Virus record (IMG/VR): IMGVR_UViG_2788500220_000013
Span: 32,001 to 96,000 of that record
Direction: 5' to 3' (one strand)
Source: a virus
Taxonomy: Duplodnaviria; Caudoviricetes
DNA: 64,000 nucleotides
Within the stretch, counting starts at the first letter, position 1, and each line of letters starts with the position of its first letter. Shown piece after piece: positions 10,101 to 18,777 of the stretch. The notes under the pieces were generated by a model, which saw only the letters and a program-made list of their open reading frames with translations, did no database searches and was not told the origin of the DNA. Both the position numbers and the translations under genes were made by a program.

Positions 10101-10286
10101 TGGACTTAAGCCGCCAAATCTTGTTTGGAAATCGGCAAAAGAACCAACGGTTACCGGCACGAAGGCTGGGCCTTTCTCTGCGGTACCAATTATTCCGGCG
10201 GGGGTTCCAACTGGACCCACTTTTCTAGAAGATAGGTCAATTTCCTTCTCAAAAAACCCGGGTGATCGAAATGTCTGCTCAGCCAT
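7134..10286 (-). CDS. gp18: Tail sheath protein, copy 1 (1050 aa)
   Basis: SPGFFEKEIDLS...IGTAEKGPAFVPVTV; YFPDV, PWFAPAGFNRG, LYDARINPI, FGQKTLQ, LDRVNVRRML, PTRAIEFIAIDF. Confidence 0.95.
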   Translation of the reverse strand: MAEQTFRSPGFFEKEIDLSSRKVGPVGTPAGIIGTAEKGPAFVPVTVGSFADFQTRFGGLSPDRFGPYAVREFLKNRTAVTYMRVLGAGANDTLVDIDNTKRLGTVKNAGFVLGGTGAINWDPSETQGRHSGVTQFLVARHQVSSSCGEMEGYPAFSDNDSFAGLAGAGDEVNLVRAVIMTPSGSRVMIANGDEDLAGSNLSSMDDCAGLNPGDHKTFKLIISSSTGKTFAEDDGLAGIKIMTASLDPSASTYVGKILNRDPNKFQTLEHYLYADFAVEDELARVVTEATKAVAILSGSGATSADCPLTADETFRQLYGRYDTRYTTPTTPWIVSQPYGGTEYPLFRFETLTDGAYANDKIKISIANLRASTDPNNKTCSFEVQVRRFGDTDMTREIIEAYPDCNLDPQSDRYIGRLIGDYKVLYDFDADQIDERRLVVSGKYPNRSHHIRVIVHESVDTGDACLPEDIMPFGFLGIPTIKTADSLTHENALALTLGPDTLGPAGQDTRLAGVGATGDLQNAIVPPLPLRFKCTRGHVMSSCEGGTVTHIGQSGNDERADSRLYWGVKFERLPTTGSMDRAILNANLSSTPNPLVSAYTKFMGIAKLDTLVTGSGADTFNNNKFTLARVALNETAIADVDGTAKTHMLETAYIRNGVPDAATYTVNDPGAGDRVTLASLVHNDAIKFNRFTPYAKFTLPFYGGFDGLNILDKDNALMTDRASSSDLDGLAAEGFEDDGLGGTLITGEGRDNNIVNSYNVAVRQMTDPLTVNTNLLAIPGIRDSFVTDFAADRTKEYSKAMYVMDIPNVAEDGTRMFVGSLVHDELKPDVRNTSEEFESRAVDNNYSATYFPDVYIDDPMNNLKVRVPASVAALAALGYNDKVSYPWFAPAGFNRGALSFVSNVTTRLSAGDRDTLYDARINPIAVFPSGGFVIFGQKTLQMNKSALDRVNVRRMLLEVKRQIVGVANRILFEPNTPQTRARFIGSVTPLLALVQAQAGIEKFQVIMDDTNNSQEDYENNRLNGRIVVVPTRAIEFIAIDFIITNSGVIFA

Positions 10287-10322
10287 CGAATATATCTCCT
10301 TAGACTAGTGTCACTCTTTAAT

Positions 10323-10329
10323 TAAGTAT
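10323..10329 (-). promoter_or_regulatory. Putative late promoter motif ATACTTA
   Basis: Exact ATANTTA match 36 nt upstream of the sheath-1 ATG, followed by an AAGGAG SD. Confidence 0.55.
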
Positions 10330-10413
10330 TGGGTTGAATATCAAACTTCTAGACTACTATTCATTCAAGCACATCATATTATGTATAATGTCATCGTGTA
10401 GCGTCATACCCAT

Positions 10414-11751
10414 CTAACTCTTAAAAGACCGTAAAACAGTCTCTCCTTTTCTACGATTTTTAGTTTTAACTTTTACCAATGTCTTTACCTCTTTCCCAGT
10501 AAACGGGTCTTTAGAAATTTTAAAAATTGTAATACCGCCCGGATTTGCAGTATGCCCGCCAACAGTCGTTGATGAGCTACCAGGAACCGCATAACCATCC
10601 GGACTATTATTATTTATTGCTCTAGAATCGCTAGTTGCCACAGATGATCCAATTTGTGGATGTCCGGCAGCATTATATGATGATGCTATCCCGGAAGATC
10701 CGATTGAATCACCAGGAACCGGTCCATGAATTGTTGCAAAATCCTGCAAAATATAGCTATCTGGGTCACCGCTGGGTAACGACCCTCTTTGGTCTGTATA
10801 AATACTAGAATTTCCAAGATCACTATGTTCAAATGAAATAATTGGTGCAGATACAAACTTTCGTAATGGAATACCGGCACCTGGATGATCTGATGCTAAA
10901 ACATACGCCGGTACGCTTATCTCAAAGCTATACCTCACTAGTCTCTCATCATCTGTGAAATCTTCGTAGTTATTACCTGGTGATAGCTCACTAGCAACAT
11001 ATGCAATAAACCAGTATCCCTTATCTGTTTCAATCCTGAATGTTCGCCTATGATTATCCATATATGAACTAAGGACAGCCATCATCATATCATTCATCTG
11101 CTGTGTATATTGAGCCCAAAACGTCACTTGGTATGTTGCACTATAAAACTTAACAGGGGGCATTGTTACAATTTCAAATATATTATCGGAAAGCTCTAAT
11201 TCTAATAACTGGCCTGATCTTGACCCAGTCGTTCTTGGTGCAGAATTTCTTCTAGTGGCTACAGTGCCTGGTTCTGTACCATCACCTTTTCCATCGATCT
11301 TATGAAGATCATGAGAAATATTATCTTGGTTCTTTAAACCCAGCCGATTAATAAGTGCCTGATAGGCGGGATCTGATTTTTCTAATCTTTTTCTTATAAT
11401 CATCGGCGAGCTCTGGCCTGGGCCGATGCCGCGATCGATATCCTGCGCTATACCTGTTCTCATTATAGAAACAAGGGGAAGTATTAATGCACCTGATTTA
11501 TCTCTAAGTGGCCGTTTTCGTCTAAGGACGGCAAATCTTTCGCCGGTTGCAAATATGACAGGAATACGCTTAGCTTCTTTTCCCTGATTAAAGATTAAGG
11601 GAAGCTCTTTATTAAAAAGATTAAAGATAGCCCTATCTACATCCTCTACAGTACATGAAGGTAATACCATATCCTCAGGAATATTATTTCCCTCATAACC
11701 AGTAGGGACGGATACCGAATCTGTGGATGTCTTGCTTGTCTTTATGGTCAT
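10414..11751 (-). CDS. Tail terminator / sheath stabiliser (T4 gp15-like)
   Basis: IPVIFATGERF, LILPLVSIMRTG, YQVTFWAQYTQQMN, DERLVRYSFEISVPAY. Positioned between neck genes and sheath. Confidence 0.7.
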   Translation of the reverse strand: MTIKTSKTSTDSVSVPTGYEGNNIPEDMVLPSCTVEDVDRAIFNLFNKELPLIFNQGKEAKRIPVIFATGERFAVLRRKRPLRDKSGALILPLVSIMRTGIAQDIDRGIGPGQSSPMIIRKRLEKSDPAYQALINRLGLKNQDNISHDLHKIDGKGDGTEPGTVATRRNSAPRTTGSRSGQLLELELSDNIFEIVTMPPVKFYSATYQVTFWAQYTQQMNDMMMAVLSSYMDNHRRTFRIETDKGYWFIAYVASELSPGNNYEDFTDDERLVRYSFEISVPAYVLASDHPGAGIPLRKFVSAPIISFEHSDLGNSSIYTDQRGSLPSGDPDSYILQDFATIHGPVPGDSIGSSGIASSYNAAGHPQIGSSVATSDSRAINNNSPDGYAVPGSSSTTVGGHTANPGGITIFKISKDPFTGKEVKTLVKVKTKNRRKGETVLRSFKS

Positions 11752-12422
11752 TAGCAGTCATCTCCATAAAATGATGAATCTGTTGTTGCAACACCGGGGT
11801 CATTATTCGATACTTCATGAGGCCCTGAAATAGGTGCTTCAAGTTTTTCATTCTCTTGAAGACTTCTAATATCGCCTGTTTCTCCAAGCCTATTTTCAGA
11901 AACTCCCCGCTGTTGTACAAATTCGGTTTGTACTGCATCATCATCTGAATATTCTTCACCAGTTGGGCCAATTGGTTTGATATTAATTTGTCCCTTACGT
12001 GCCTGCTTGCCTACTAATTTCACGCCAGTTTTATGTTCAACTTGGCCGTAGACATTTTTATCGGCAATTACAGACGTTATCTCAAAAAACATTGCACCGT
12101 AACTAAAATAATCACCTTGCAAAACCTTTATCTCTTTATCTAGTAAGTCTCTAGAATGCAGATATATTTCAATTGTAGCAATTTCTTCACTGCCAAATTG
12201 GTTCGTTCTAATAACTTCTGGCTGCCAGTCAACCAGCGCATCGATTTCGATTGGTGGATTAAAAATCTTTTCCGGAGCTTCTTCATATACATCATGTACA
12301 TTAGTTAGATCTTCCCTAACCTTGTAATAAAAGATTTTTTGACCAATAATATCTTTTGTAACTTCTTTTGTTAGATCAGATATATAGTCAATCTCTCGTG
12401 GTGTTATGAATAGACGTGCCAT
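11751..12422 (-). CDS. Neck / head-closure protein (T4 gp14-like)
   Basis: IIGQKIFYY, DVYEEA, PIEIDALV, FG, GDYF pattern; position after the gp13-like gene. Confidence 0.7.
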   Translation of the reverse strand: MARLFITPREIDYISDLTKEVTKDIIGQKIFYYKVREDLTNVHDVYEEAPEKIFNPPIEIDALVDWQPEVIRTNQFGSEEIATIEIYLHSRDLLDKEIKVLQGDYFSYGAMFFEITSVIADKNVYGQVEHKTGVKLVGKQARKGQINIKPIGPTGEEYSDDDAVQTEFVQQRGVSENRLGETGDIRSLQENEKLEAPISGPHEVSNNDPGVATTDSSFYGDDC

Positions 12423-12432
12423 TTAAAATCCG

Positions 12433-13629
12433 TTAACCAACTATTATTGCCTTGCCACCAGGAACCGGAATATGTCTTAGAATTTTCTGCATACTCTCAA
12501 CAGCCGAGGCCTCATCCTCAATCATTTTGCTGTATGTTAATTTAGTTAGCATTTCATTAAGGCTAGTTTTTAAGTTTGATTGTTCTTCTCTGCCCTGCGA
12601 TATAAGGTCAGACCCATTTAAACTAAGATCTCCTCCAGGAATAGGCACTGAAGAAAATTTAGACCTGATTAGTCCTAACATTTCTTTGCAGGCAGCTAAT
12701 GTATATTGTCTGACCCATTGGCGGCCCATGCTATTCACATTTTGAAATCTTAGATTCCCGTATGGAATATTAGACAAGTTACTGACACCATATATCTGGG
12801 CGTCTGGATAGCTGGGGTTAAACGGATTGGGACTAAATGCAATTCGCATCCACAACTTTTTAGGATTTGATTGGGTAGGTCGGGGAAAAACCCTAATTTT
12901 TGTACCAGAAATTCTGTAACTATAATTTGATCTTCTTACCCTATTAGATATATCCATTTGTCCTGCTCGAAGAATATCTTCAAAGACTGGTAGCACATAG
13001 AATACTGTTTCTGGGGTAAATGATTCAAAGCTAAATTCATTGTTAAGATAATTTATTGCAGATGTTGTATCAAAGAATCTATATGCAGCCTGAGGTGAAA
13101 AATGGTATACATCAAGAATCTTTATTTTTGTCTGGGGATCATTTTGTGCGCTGTCAAATAATGCATCACCGTTCTCGTCTTTAAGCTCAGAATATATATC
13201 ATAATCTTGTTGATCTTGTACTAACTGAATAGATCCTGACATCGTGTTATATGATCCACCTATGCCGGCTTCCATCGCATATGGCTCTGCGCGGCGTAAT
13301 AAAAATTCTAAATTTTCAAGTGGAAATAGCTGTTCTTTTCCATGGGGGCCTACATCATATGATCCAGACATATTGCTGCCAGTAGGAAATCCTAGCAGGT
13401 TCATTAAGTGAGACTCTGCCTGAAATTCGTTAACAATCTTGCCATATTCTAAAAATGATTCTTCAAAACATGTCCAAATTTGTTTTTTTGTTAGCTCTAC
13501 GCTTAGTATGTCATCCCCAAGCTTTCTTTTAACAAAAGTAACTAATGCATCGGCCTCAAATTGAAATGAAGCGTCGTCATCAAAGAAACCAAAAGGAGTC
13601 GGATTAAGTGTGTTTATAAATGATGCCAT
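12433..13629 (-). CDS. Neck / head-tail adaptor protein (T4 gp13-like)
   Basis: KRKLGDDILSVELTKKQI, WVRQYTLAACKEMLGLIRSKF, IPGGDLSLNG. First gene after the capsid gene. Confidence 0.8.
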   Translation of the reverse strand: MASFINTLNPTPFGFFDDDASFQFEADALVTFVKRKLGDDILSVELTKKQIWTCFEESFLEYGKIVNEFQAESHLMNLLGFPTGSNMSGSYDVGPHGKEQLFPLENLEFLLRRAEPYAMEAGIGGSYNTMSGSIQLVQDQQDYDIYSELKDENGDALFDSAQNDPQTKIKILDVYHFSPQAAYRFFDTTSAINYLNNEFSFESFTPETVFYVLPVFEDILRAGQMDISNRVRRSNYSYRISGTKIRVFPRPTQSNPKKLWMRIAFSPNPFNPSYPDAQIYGVSNLSNIPYGNLRFQNVNSMGRQWVRQYTLAACKEMLGLIRSKFSSVPIPGGDLSLNGSDLISQGREEQSNLKTSLNEMLTKLTYSKMIEDEASAVESMQKILRHIPVPGGKAIIVG

Positions 13630-13658
13630 TAAGATACTCCGATTCGCTAAATCACTAA

Positions 13659-13665
13659 TAAATAT
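13659..13665 (-). promoter_or_regulatory. Putative late promoter motif ATATTTA
   Basis: Exact ATANTTA match downstream of the MCP terminator, 29 nt before the neck gene ATG. Confidence 0.55.
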
Positions 13666-13741
13666 GTAGCTTCGACTATGGTTGACAGAACCAACTCAAT
13701 AAGCGGCTCAAGAATATCATAAGAATGAAAAAAAAGTAGAT

Positions 13742-13774
13742 AAAACAAAAGCGGCTCCTAAAAAGGAGCCGCTT
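13742..13774 (-). terminator. Rho-independent terminator after the major capsid gene
   Basis: 11-bp stem AAGCGGCTCCT / AGGAGCCGCTT with a 4-nt loop; T-rich tail (TTTTGTTTT) on the minus strand. Confidence 0.9.
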
Positions 13775-13798
13775 GGAAGGTTGGTTTTAAACTATCTG

Positions 13799-15664
13799 TT
13801 AGATAACGTCAAGATCTAGAACCGTAACTGTACCGTAGAAGTCAGCACGAACCATCTTCTTACCATACCGGGTCATTACGCCCTTACGAGGAGTGAAATC
13901 CTCAGGAGCGAAAATAGTCGGTGTGACAATCAATGGAACATATGGCGCGTAGACGTAACCGGTCTCAAGGTAGCTTCCACCCTTATACCCAACAAGAATC
14001 TTGTTGCGTGGGAAGTAAGGATCCTTGTAAACCGTAAAGCGGTTACTAAGTGTACCCACCTTCTCAGCACCAAGACTCATTGGGGCACCAACCTGACCAT
14101 CGCCGTCAAGGCTATAGGAAGGCCGGTAAAGGACGGAAGACTCAAGGATGGTAGCCACATCAGGACCAACAACCATGAAGTTCGCCGAACCCCTAAGGGT
14201 CTTACGGTGGATTGTATTTGCACAATCAATTACAGTCTCAGTAAGAGTCTCATACCACTCGCGGACGGTACCAGTAAACTGTGGACCAGGGGCACCGGCA
14301 GGAGTCTGGGTCTGGAAGACCTCAGCGCCGGAATTCTTATTAACAAACTTACCAGGTGCGCGACTCCAGAAGAGATTAGCACCAGAAGCCGAGGTAAGAA
14401 GATCGTTGAGGATTTCACGGTCAAGCTCTAGAGCAATCTGCTCAGAGAGAATCTGCGTAAGCTCAACCTCTGCATCAAGGCTGTGATAAGCGTTAAGATC
14501 CTGTGCAAGTTCCGGACTCCAACGAGCTCGTAACTTACGAGTTACTGCGGTAACAGCAATTGATTCAATCTTGATATCAATTTCTGGAATCTCAGGGGAA
14601 GGCTCAGTATCAAAATCTGATTCAAAGGATGGTACAACCAAACTATCACCAGAATCGCCAGATGCTCTTGTAGGAGCCTGAACAAATGATACTGCCATGC
14701 CAGCTGCTTGAGTAGCGGTATCGCCAACAATTACCAAAAGCTCGTCTCCGCTCATTGCATTTGGCGTCCACGGATTCGTAAGATTGCTTGGATCCCAATC
14801 ACCACGCTGATTAAGGCGTCGGATATTTTGGATACTAGTACCATGCTCTTGTAAGCCTCCTGGAAGTGCGCCTGCATCAGCATGCCCATGAACTGCAAAA
14901 TCCTTAATCATTGTTTTGTCTGCACGATTGAAATCGGAACCAGATATATCAATAATCAAGGCGCTGAAACCCTCACCGTCGTCGTCGATCGATGCTAGGA
15001 CAGCAGGATCAAATTGAAGCAGTTTGGCATCTTTACCAGCACTATCAAGTGTAGCACCATCAACGAATGCACCGTTTGTAGCACCATGAGCGCCACAAGA
15101 AACTCCGGCTGTTACGGTTACATTCTCATGTACTCGAGAATAACCGCTACCAGCAAGATTGTACATACCACCGAGAGCATCAGAACCAGCCTGAATGTTT
15201 CCTACAGGCGAGCTATAAATAGATGCACCCGCTGAGTATGTATGTGTTCCATCAGCTGGTGTTCCGCCTGTTGGACTTGCACTTGCACCGACGTTTGAGC
15301 CGTATGTATAGTCAAGATAGAAAAGAAGCCCACTGGGGAGGCTCATTGGTTGAATAGAAACGAGCTCGTTTGCTACTAGGCCACCGAATACACGGCGAAC
15401 GATTGGGAACGCAATATTGGTAAAACCACGAATATCACCACTAGCAACGCCAGTGCCGCTACCATCACCAAGTGAGTTAGCCTCTCGTAGCTGCTGTGCA
15501 GCCTGGTTTTCGAGTAGCATAGCCATATTTTCACGATATACGCTATCCAGACCACGAAGCAAACCAGTACGAGACCACTTTTCCACCAAGCGGCGGTTAG
15601 CCGTTCCAAGATGTCGCTGGCGAATTCCTTCGGTCAGCTGTTCTAAAGTAAAAGTCTTCGACAT
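13799..15664 (-). CDS. gp23: Major capsid protein (T4 gp23-like) with a large insertion
   Basis: LLENQ, PIVRRVF, VSIQPMSLPSGLLFYL, TRKLRARWSPELAQDLNAYHSLDAEVELT, ELDREIL, YAPYVPL, FTPRKGVMTRYG. Confidence 0.97.
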   Translation of the reverse strand: MSKTFTLEQLTEGIRQRHLGTANRRLVEKWSRTGLLRGLDSVYRENMAMLLENQAAQQLREANSLGDGSGTGVASGDIRGFTNIAFPIVRRVFGGLVANELVSIQPMSLPSGLLFYLDYTYGSNVGASASPTGGTPADGTHTYSAGASIYSSPVGNIQAGSDALGGMYNLAGSGYSRVHENVTVTAGVSCGAHGATNGAFVDGATLDSAGKDAKLLQFDPAVLASIDDDGEGFSALIIDISGSDFNRADKTMIKDFAVHGHADAGALPGGLQEHGTSIQNIRRLNQRGDWDPSNLTNPWTPNAMSGDELLVIVGDTATQAAGMAVSFVQAPTRASGDSGDSLVVPSFESDFDTEPSPEIPEIDIKIESIAVTAVTRKLRARWSPELAQDLNAYHSLDAEVELTQILSEQIALELDREILNDLLTSASGANLFWSRAPGKFVNKNSGAEVFQTQTPAGAPGPQFTGTVREWYETLTETVIDCANTIHRKTLRGSANFMVVGPDVATILESSVLYRPSYSLDGDGQVGAPMSLGAEKVGTLSNRFTVYKDPYFPRNKILVGYKGGSYLETGYVYAPYVPLIVTPTIFAPEDFTPRKGVMTRYGKKMVRADFYGTVTVLDLDVI

Positions 15665-15707
15665 TGTTAAATTCTCCTATTTGTTGTGTTAGACATATTA
15701 AATGCGT

Positions 15708-17534
15708 CTACTTTTTAATTCCCGCTAGAACTTGCCAGCGGTTATCTGCCTCAACACCACTTTTGGCCGGAGCTGCCGACCGGGTTGATCTGGAAGACGA
15801 ACCTGAAGTTCGAATACGACTCTCTTTTAACGTTGACGCTGAACGTCGTTGGAGTGAGGAAGTTAGGCTCTTATAAAGGAGCTTGGCTTCTCTAAGTGTC
15901 TTTGCCTCATCGAGAGCTTGGACAACTTGTCGCTGTTGTTTTGCCGTAATATTACGATTCTGCATAAGCTTATTTGCATAAAGCAACTTCGCATTAAACA
16001 GATTCATCTCAGAAAGCTGTGAACGCAGAGTCTTTACGGCCTTAGCGTATTCTGCTAGCTTCTTCTTAAGAGCTCGATTAGTCCGGCTCTCATTGGTCCT
16101 GTTTCTGCGCCGGCGCCGGGTCTCAGCAACAGCAGCAGCTGCGCTTCCGCTAGCGGCGGTCACACTCCCTAGCTCATCAGCTAAGGCATTTAAAAGCGTA
16201 TCTTCATCGACATCAACGAATGCTTCATCATCGACATCACCACCACCAAATGCATCGGCAGTCTGTGATGGATCATCTACACCAGATGTCTCTTCTCGAA
16301 TGTGGCGACGGCGAGTGCGGCTAGTTTCTTTAAGCTTCTTCATCCGGCGTAGTTCACTACGAAGCATAGCCTCATCAATCTCTACAACATCAGACTCATC
16401 AACTTCATCAACCTCGTCGACTTCATCGAATTCGTACATTCCCTCTCCGAGGTCAAAGTCATCGTCTCCACCCTCTTCTTCAGGGGCTTCCTCACCGACT
16501 TCGGCTTCTTCATCGCCACCCTCTTCTTCAGAAGGCTCTTCGATTTCGAGGTCTATATCTAAATCAGCAAGAACATCCTCTACTGTTTCTGCTTCATCCT
16601 CTTCAGGCGTTAGGGTCAGCACGGCATCCAACTCAGCAAGTTCTAACCGATCTGACTCAAAAAGCCTTGCAAATTTACTGTTACGGCTATTTGACATTAT
16701 TTTCATCTCCTTAATAATTGCAATTGCACGTTGACGGAGCCGACTTGAACTTGACTCTCCTTCACTAAATATTACGTGTCCTTTCAAACTTCCCACTTCT
16801 TTTAACAACTTTATGTAATAATTGCGCATAATCTCTCTCTGGGAGGAACTTAGTTTCCTTCCTTCGAATGCCTCAATTATACGTTTAAAGTTACTAACCT
16901 TATTTCCCAACTTATATATTTTTTTCTCAAGAACTACTCGTTGGGAAGTTTGCTCTCTTTTCCGCAACAAAAGCGCAAGCGCCTCAGCTATTGGTTCATC
17001 AAGCAACAAATCTTCTTCTCCGTCATCTTCTGCGCTTTCTTCATCAGAAGTAGCAAGGTCAATATTAACCTTGCTTGTGTCGACGTTAACACCACCGTCT
17101 GAAGAAACTTGTACATCAACATCAGCACCAACAGGAACTGTAAGTGATGGGCCGGTCTCATCAGCATCTAATTGCACCCCAGAATCATCAAGGCCGGACA
17201 TATCCGGGTCTAAAGCATCTGTGGAACTTAAATCATCTAAATTGATTGTCATCATCTCTGTATCGCCAGTACCATCAGTTGGCGAGTCAGTCCCTGCAGG
17301 ACCCTCAGGCGATGCCAAAGTCTCTGTGTCATCTGACAACCCTAAATCATCTAATTCTAGATCTTCAGATTCACCAGATTCTTCACTGCTGTCCTCCCCT
17401 AATAACTCACGCTCAATCATGCGCCGAATTTTTGGAGTAACTGCATCTATGATTCTATTTTTTGCATTACGTTCAGCCATCTCTTTTAACTGTTTGGCTT
17501 CGGCTATTGCTTCATGATATAGGCTAGCTGACAT
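15708..17534 (-). CDS. Prohead core / scaffold protein (functional gp22 analogue)
   Basis: Acidic low-complexity segments and coiled coils (LSEMNLFNAKLLYANKL), C-terminal RWQVLAGI, immediately upstream of MCP. Start moved from 17570 to ATG 17534, which has a GGGAG SD. Confidence 0.8.
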   Translation of the reverse strand: MSASLYHEAIAEAKQLKEMAERNAKNRIIDAVTPKIRRMIERELLGEDSSEESGESEDLELDDLGLSDDTETLASPEGPAGTDSPTDGTGDTEMMTINLDDLSSTDALDPDMSGLDDSGVQLDADETGPSLTVPVGADVDVQVSSDGGVNVDTSKVNIDLATSDEESAEDDGEEDLLLDEPIAEALALLLRKREQTSQRVVLEKKIYKLGNKVSNFKRIIEAFEGRKLSSSQREIMRNYYIKLLKEVGSLKGHVIFSEGESSSSRLRQRAIAIIKEMKIMSNSRNSKFARLFESDRLELAELDAVLTLTPEEDEAETVEDVLADLDIDLEIEEPSEEEGGDEEAEVGEEAPEEEGGDDDFDLGEGMYEFDEVDEVDEVDESDVVEIDEAMLRSELRRMKKLKETSRTRRRHIREETSGVDDPSQTADAFGGGDVDDEAFVDVDEDTLLNALADELGSVTAASGSAAAAVAETRRRRRNRTNESRTNRALKKKLAEYAKAVKTLRSQLSEMNLFNAKLLYANKLMQNRNITAKQQRQVVQALDEAKTLREAKLLYKSLTSSLQRRSASTLKESRIRTSGSSSRSTRSAAPAKSGVEADNRWQVLAGIKK

Positions 17535-17555
17535 AAATTTCTCCCGTGTATCCAT

Positions 17556-17562
17556 TAAATAT
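17556..17562 (-). promoter_or_regulatory. Putative late promoter motif ATATTTA
   Basis: Exact ATANTTA match 21 nt upstream of scaffold ATG 17534. Confidence 0.55.
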
Positions 17563-17605
17563 ATCGTCACGTGTAAAAGTTACATATCAGACATCATAAC
17601 GATTA

Positions 17606-18208
17606 CTATAATTCCTTCTCGGTTTCTTGTTGATAAAAGATATTGGCTATTAATTTCCTGAGATCTTTAATCGTTAACTCATCATCTGATGTTAAATTTT
17701 CTAATTCGTATACTGGGTCATCTTCAACGACGTCAACATGCACAGGCTTAGACCACCCTATCTTGCTACCGGTTGGCCGGCCACTTGGATGATAGCCTGG
17801 TGGATGGAAATTGGCAGGGGATGCGCCCCCACCAGCGGAGGCAGTTCTTTTTTTATAAAGGTCAGGAATAGGACTTAACCCAGTTGATATCCCTTGTGCA
17901 CGTTCTTTCAATTTATTATTACCTGCCACAAAATAAAATGGATCTCCGCTTGCTGCATCTAAATAATCTACTGGATTGTAACCAATGTTAACCATCTTAA
18001 CAAACAAATCTATATCATCATCATCGATAGGTAAATCTATATCATCATCTAATTCTATATCATCATCAATATAAGGAAAAACGCCCTGCAGTTGGCGGGG
18101 CGTTTGAAATTTAGGCTCCAGGATTCCGTACCCTAGACCTTTGCGGTCATCATAGGATCCTATGCCTTGTTTATATCCTTGTAATTTTGCGTCTTGTCTT
18201 TTAGGCAT
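17606..18208 (-). CDS. Hypothetical head-module protein (200 aa)
   Basis: ORF with AAGGTGG SD in the head cluster; acidic patch and C-terminal LRKLI helix. Confidence 0.75.
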   Translation of the reverse strand: MPKRQDAKLQGYKQGIGSYDDRKGLGYGILEPKFQTPRQLQGVFPYIDDDIELDDDIDLPIDDDDIDLFVKMVNIGYNPVDYLDAASGDPFYFVAGNNKLKERAQGISTGLSPIPDLYKKRTASAGGGASPANFHPPGYHPSGRPTGSKIGWSKPVHVDVVEDDPVYELENLTSDDELTIKDLRKLIANIFYQQETEKEL

Positions 18209-18223
18209 ATTCTGGCCACCTTA

Positions 18224-18763
18224 TCAACCGGTAGGAGAAGAACCTAATATATAATCATTGACAGTAAACGTATCAATCTTTGCAGAAGAGCGGGCAGGTG
18301 ACAATACTGCACCTTCCCCAGAGCCCGGTGTTGATGCGGATGGCACAGCTTTCTCCATCCAGGCAGGAGGAGAAGACATTGCATCCCACGGGCTGCCGGC
18401 AGGGGCTGATGCTGCGACATTCGGGCCCCACGGACTACCAGGATCAGAATTTCCACCAGTTTTAAAAGCGGTGTTTACATCACCGTAATTAAAATTACTA
18501 GCATGTGCGGCAAACTCTCGACTATAATCAGCCATTCCCCAATGTGCTAATGCACCGGGGCCTTGAGGGGCCCCATCAATTACCAATTTCTGAAAATTGA
18601 CTAGAAGATCTTTTCGACCGTTATCACTGGTAATCCATTTGGGTGTATTAGGAAAACATGCCGTCAAAGATGCCTTATTTGATCTAGATATCCCGCTAAT
18701 TGGGCCAAGGCCGCCATCAGCACCTGGTCTGGTGTCTACCGTATTTTGACCTGCTGAAGGCAT
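18224..18763 (-). CDS. Gly/Pro/Ser-rich hypothetical virion protein (179 aa), paralog of the adjacent gene
   Basis: AAGGA SD; shares ordered motifs with 18778..19257. Confidence 0.75.
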   Translation of the reverse strand: MPSAGQNTVDTRPGADGGLGPISGISRSNKASLTACFPNTPKWITSDNGRKDLLVNFQKLVIDGAPQGPGALAHWGMADYSREFAAHASNFNYGDVNTAFKTGGNSDPGSPWGPNVAASAPAGSPWDAMSSPPAWMEKAVPSASTPGSGEGAVLSPARSSAKIDTFTVNDYILGSSPTG

Positions 18764-18777
18764 TCAAGAATCCTTTA

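Noticed and set aside
2989-10286. Extracellular contractile injection system or tailocin (multiple sheaths)
   Set aside because: Capsid, portal, protease and terminase are present, so this is a DNA-packaging phage.
13682-13687. TTGACA on the plus strand as an antisense sigma70 promoter
   Set aside because: No -10-like hexamer at 16-18 nt spacing.
17535-17570. ORF-track start of the scaffold (MTIYLMD...)
   Set aside because: ATG 17534 has a GGGAG SD, and the extension overlaps the promoter-like motif.
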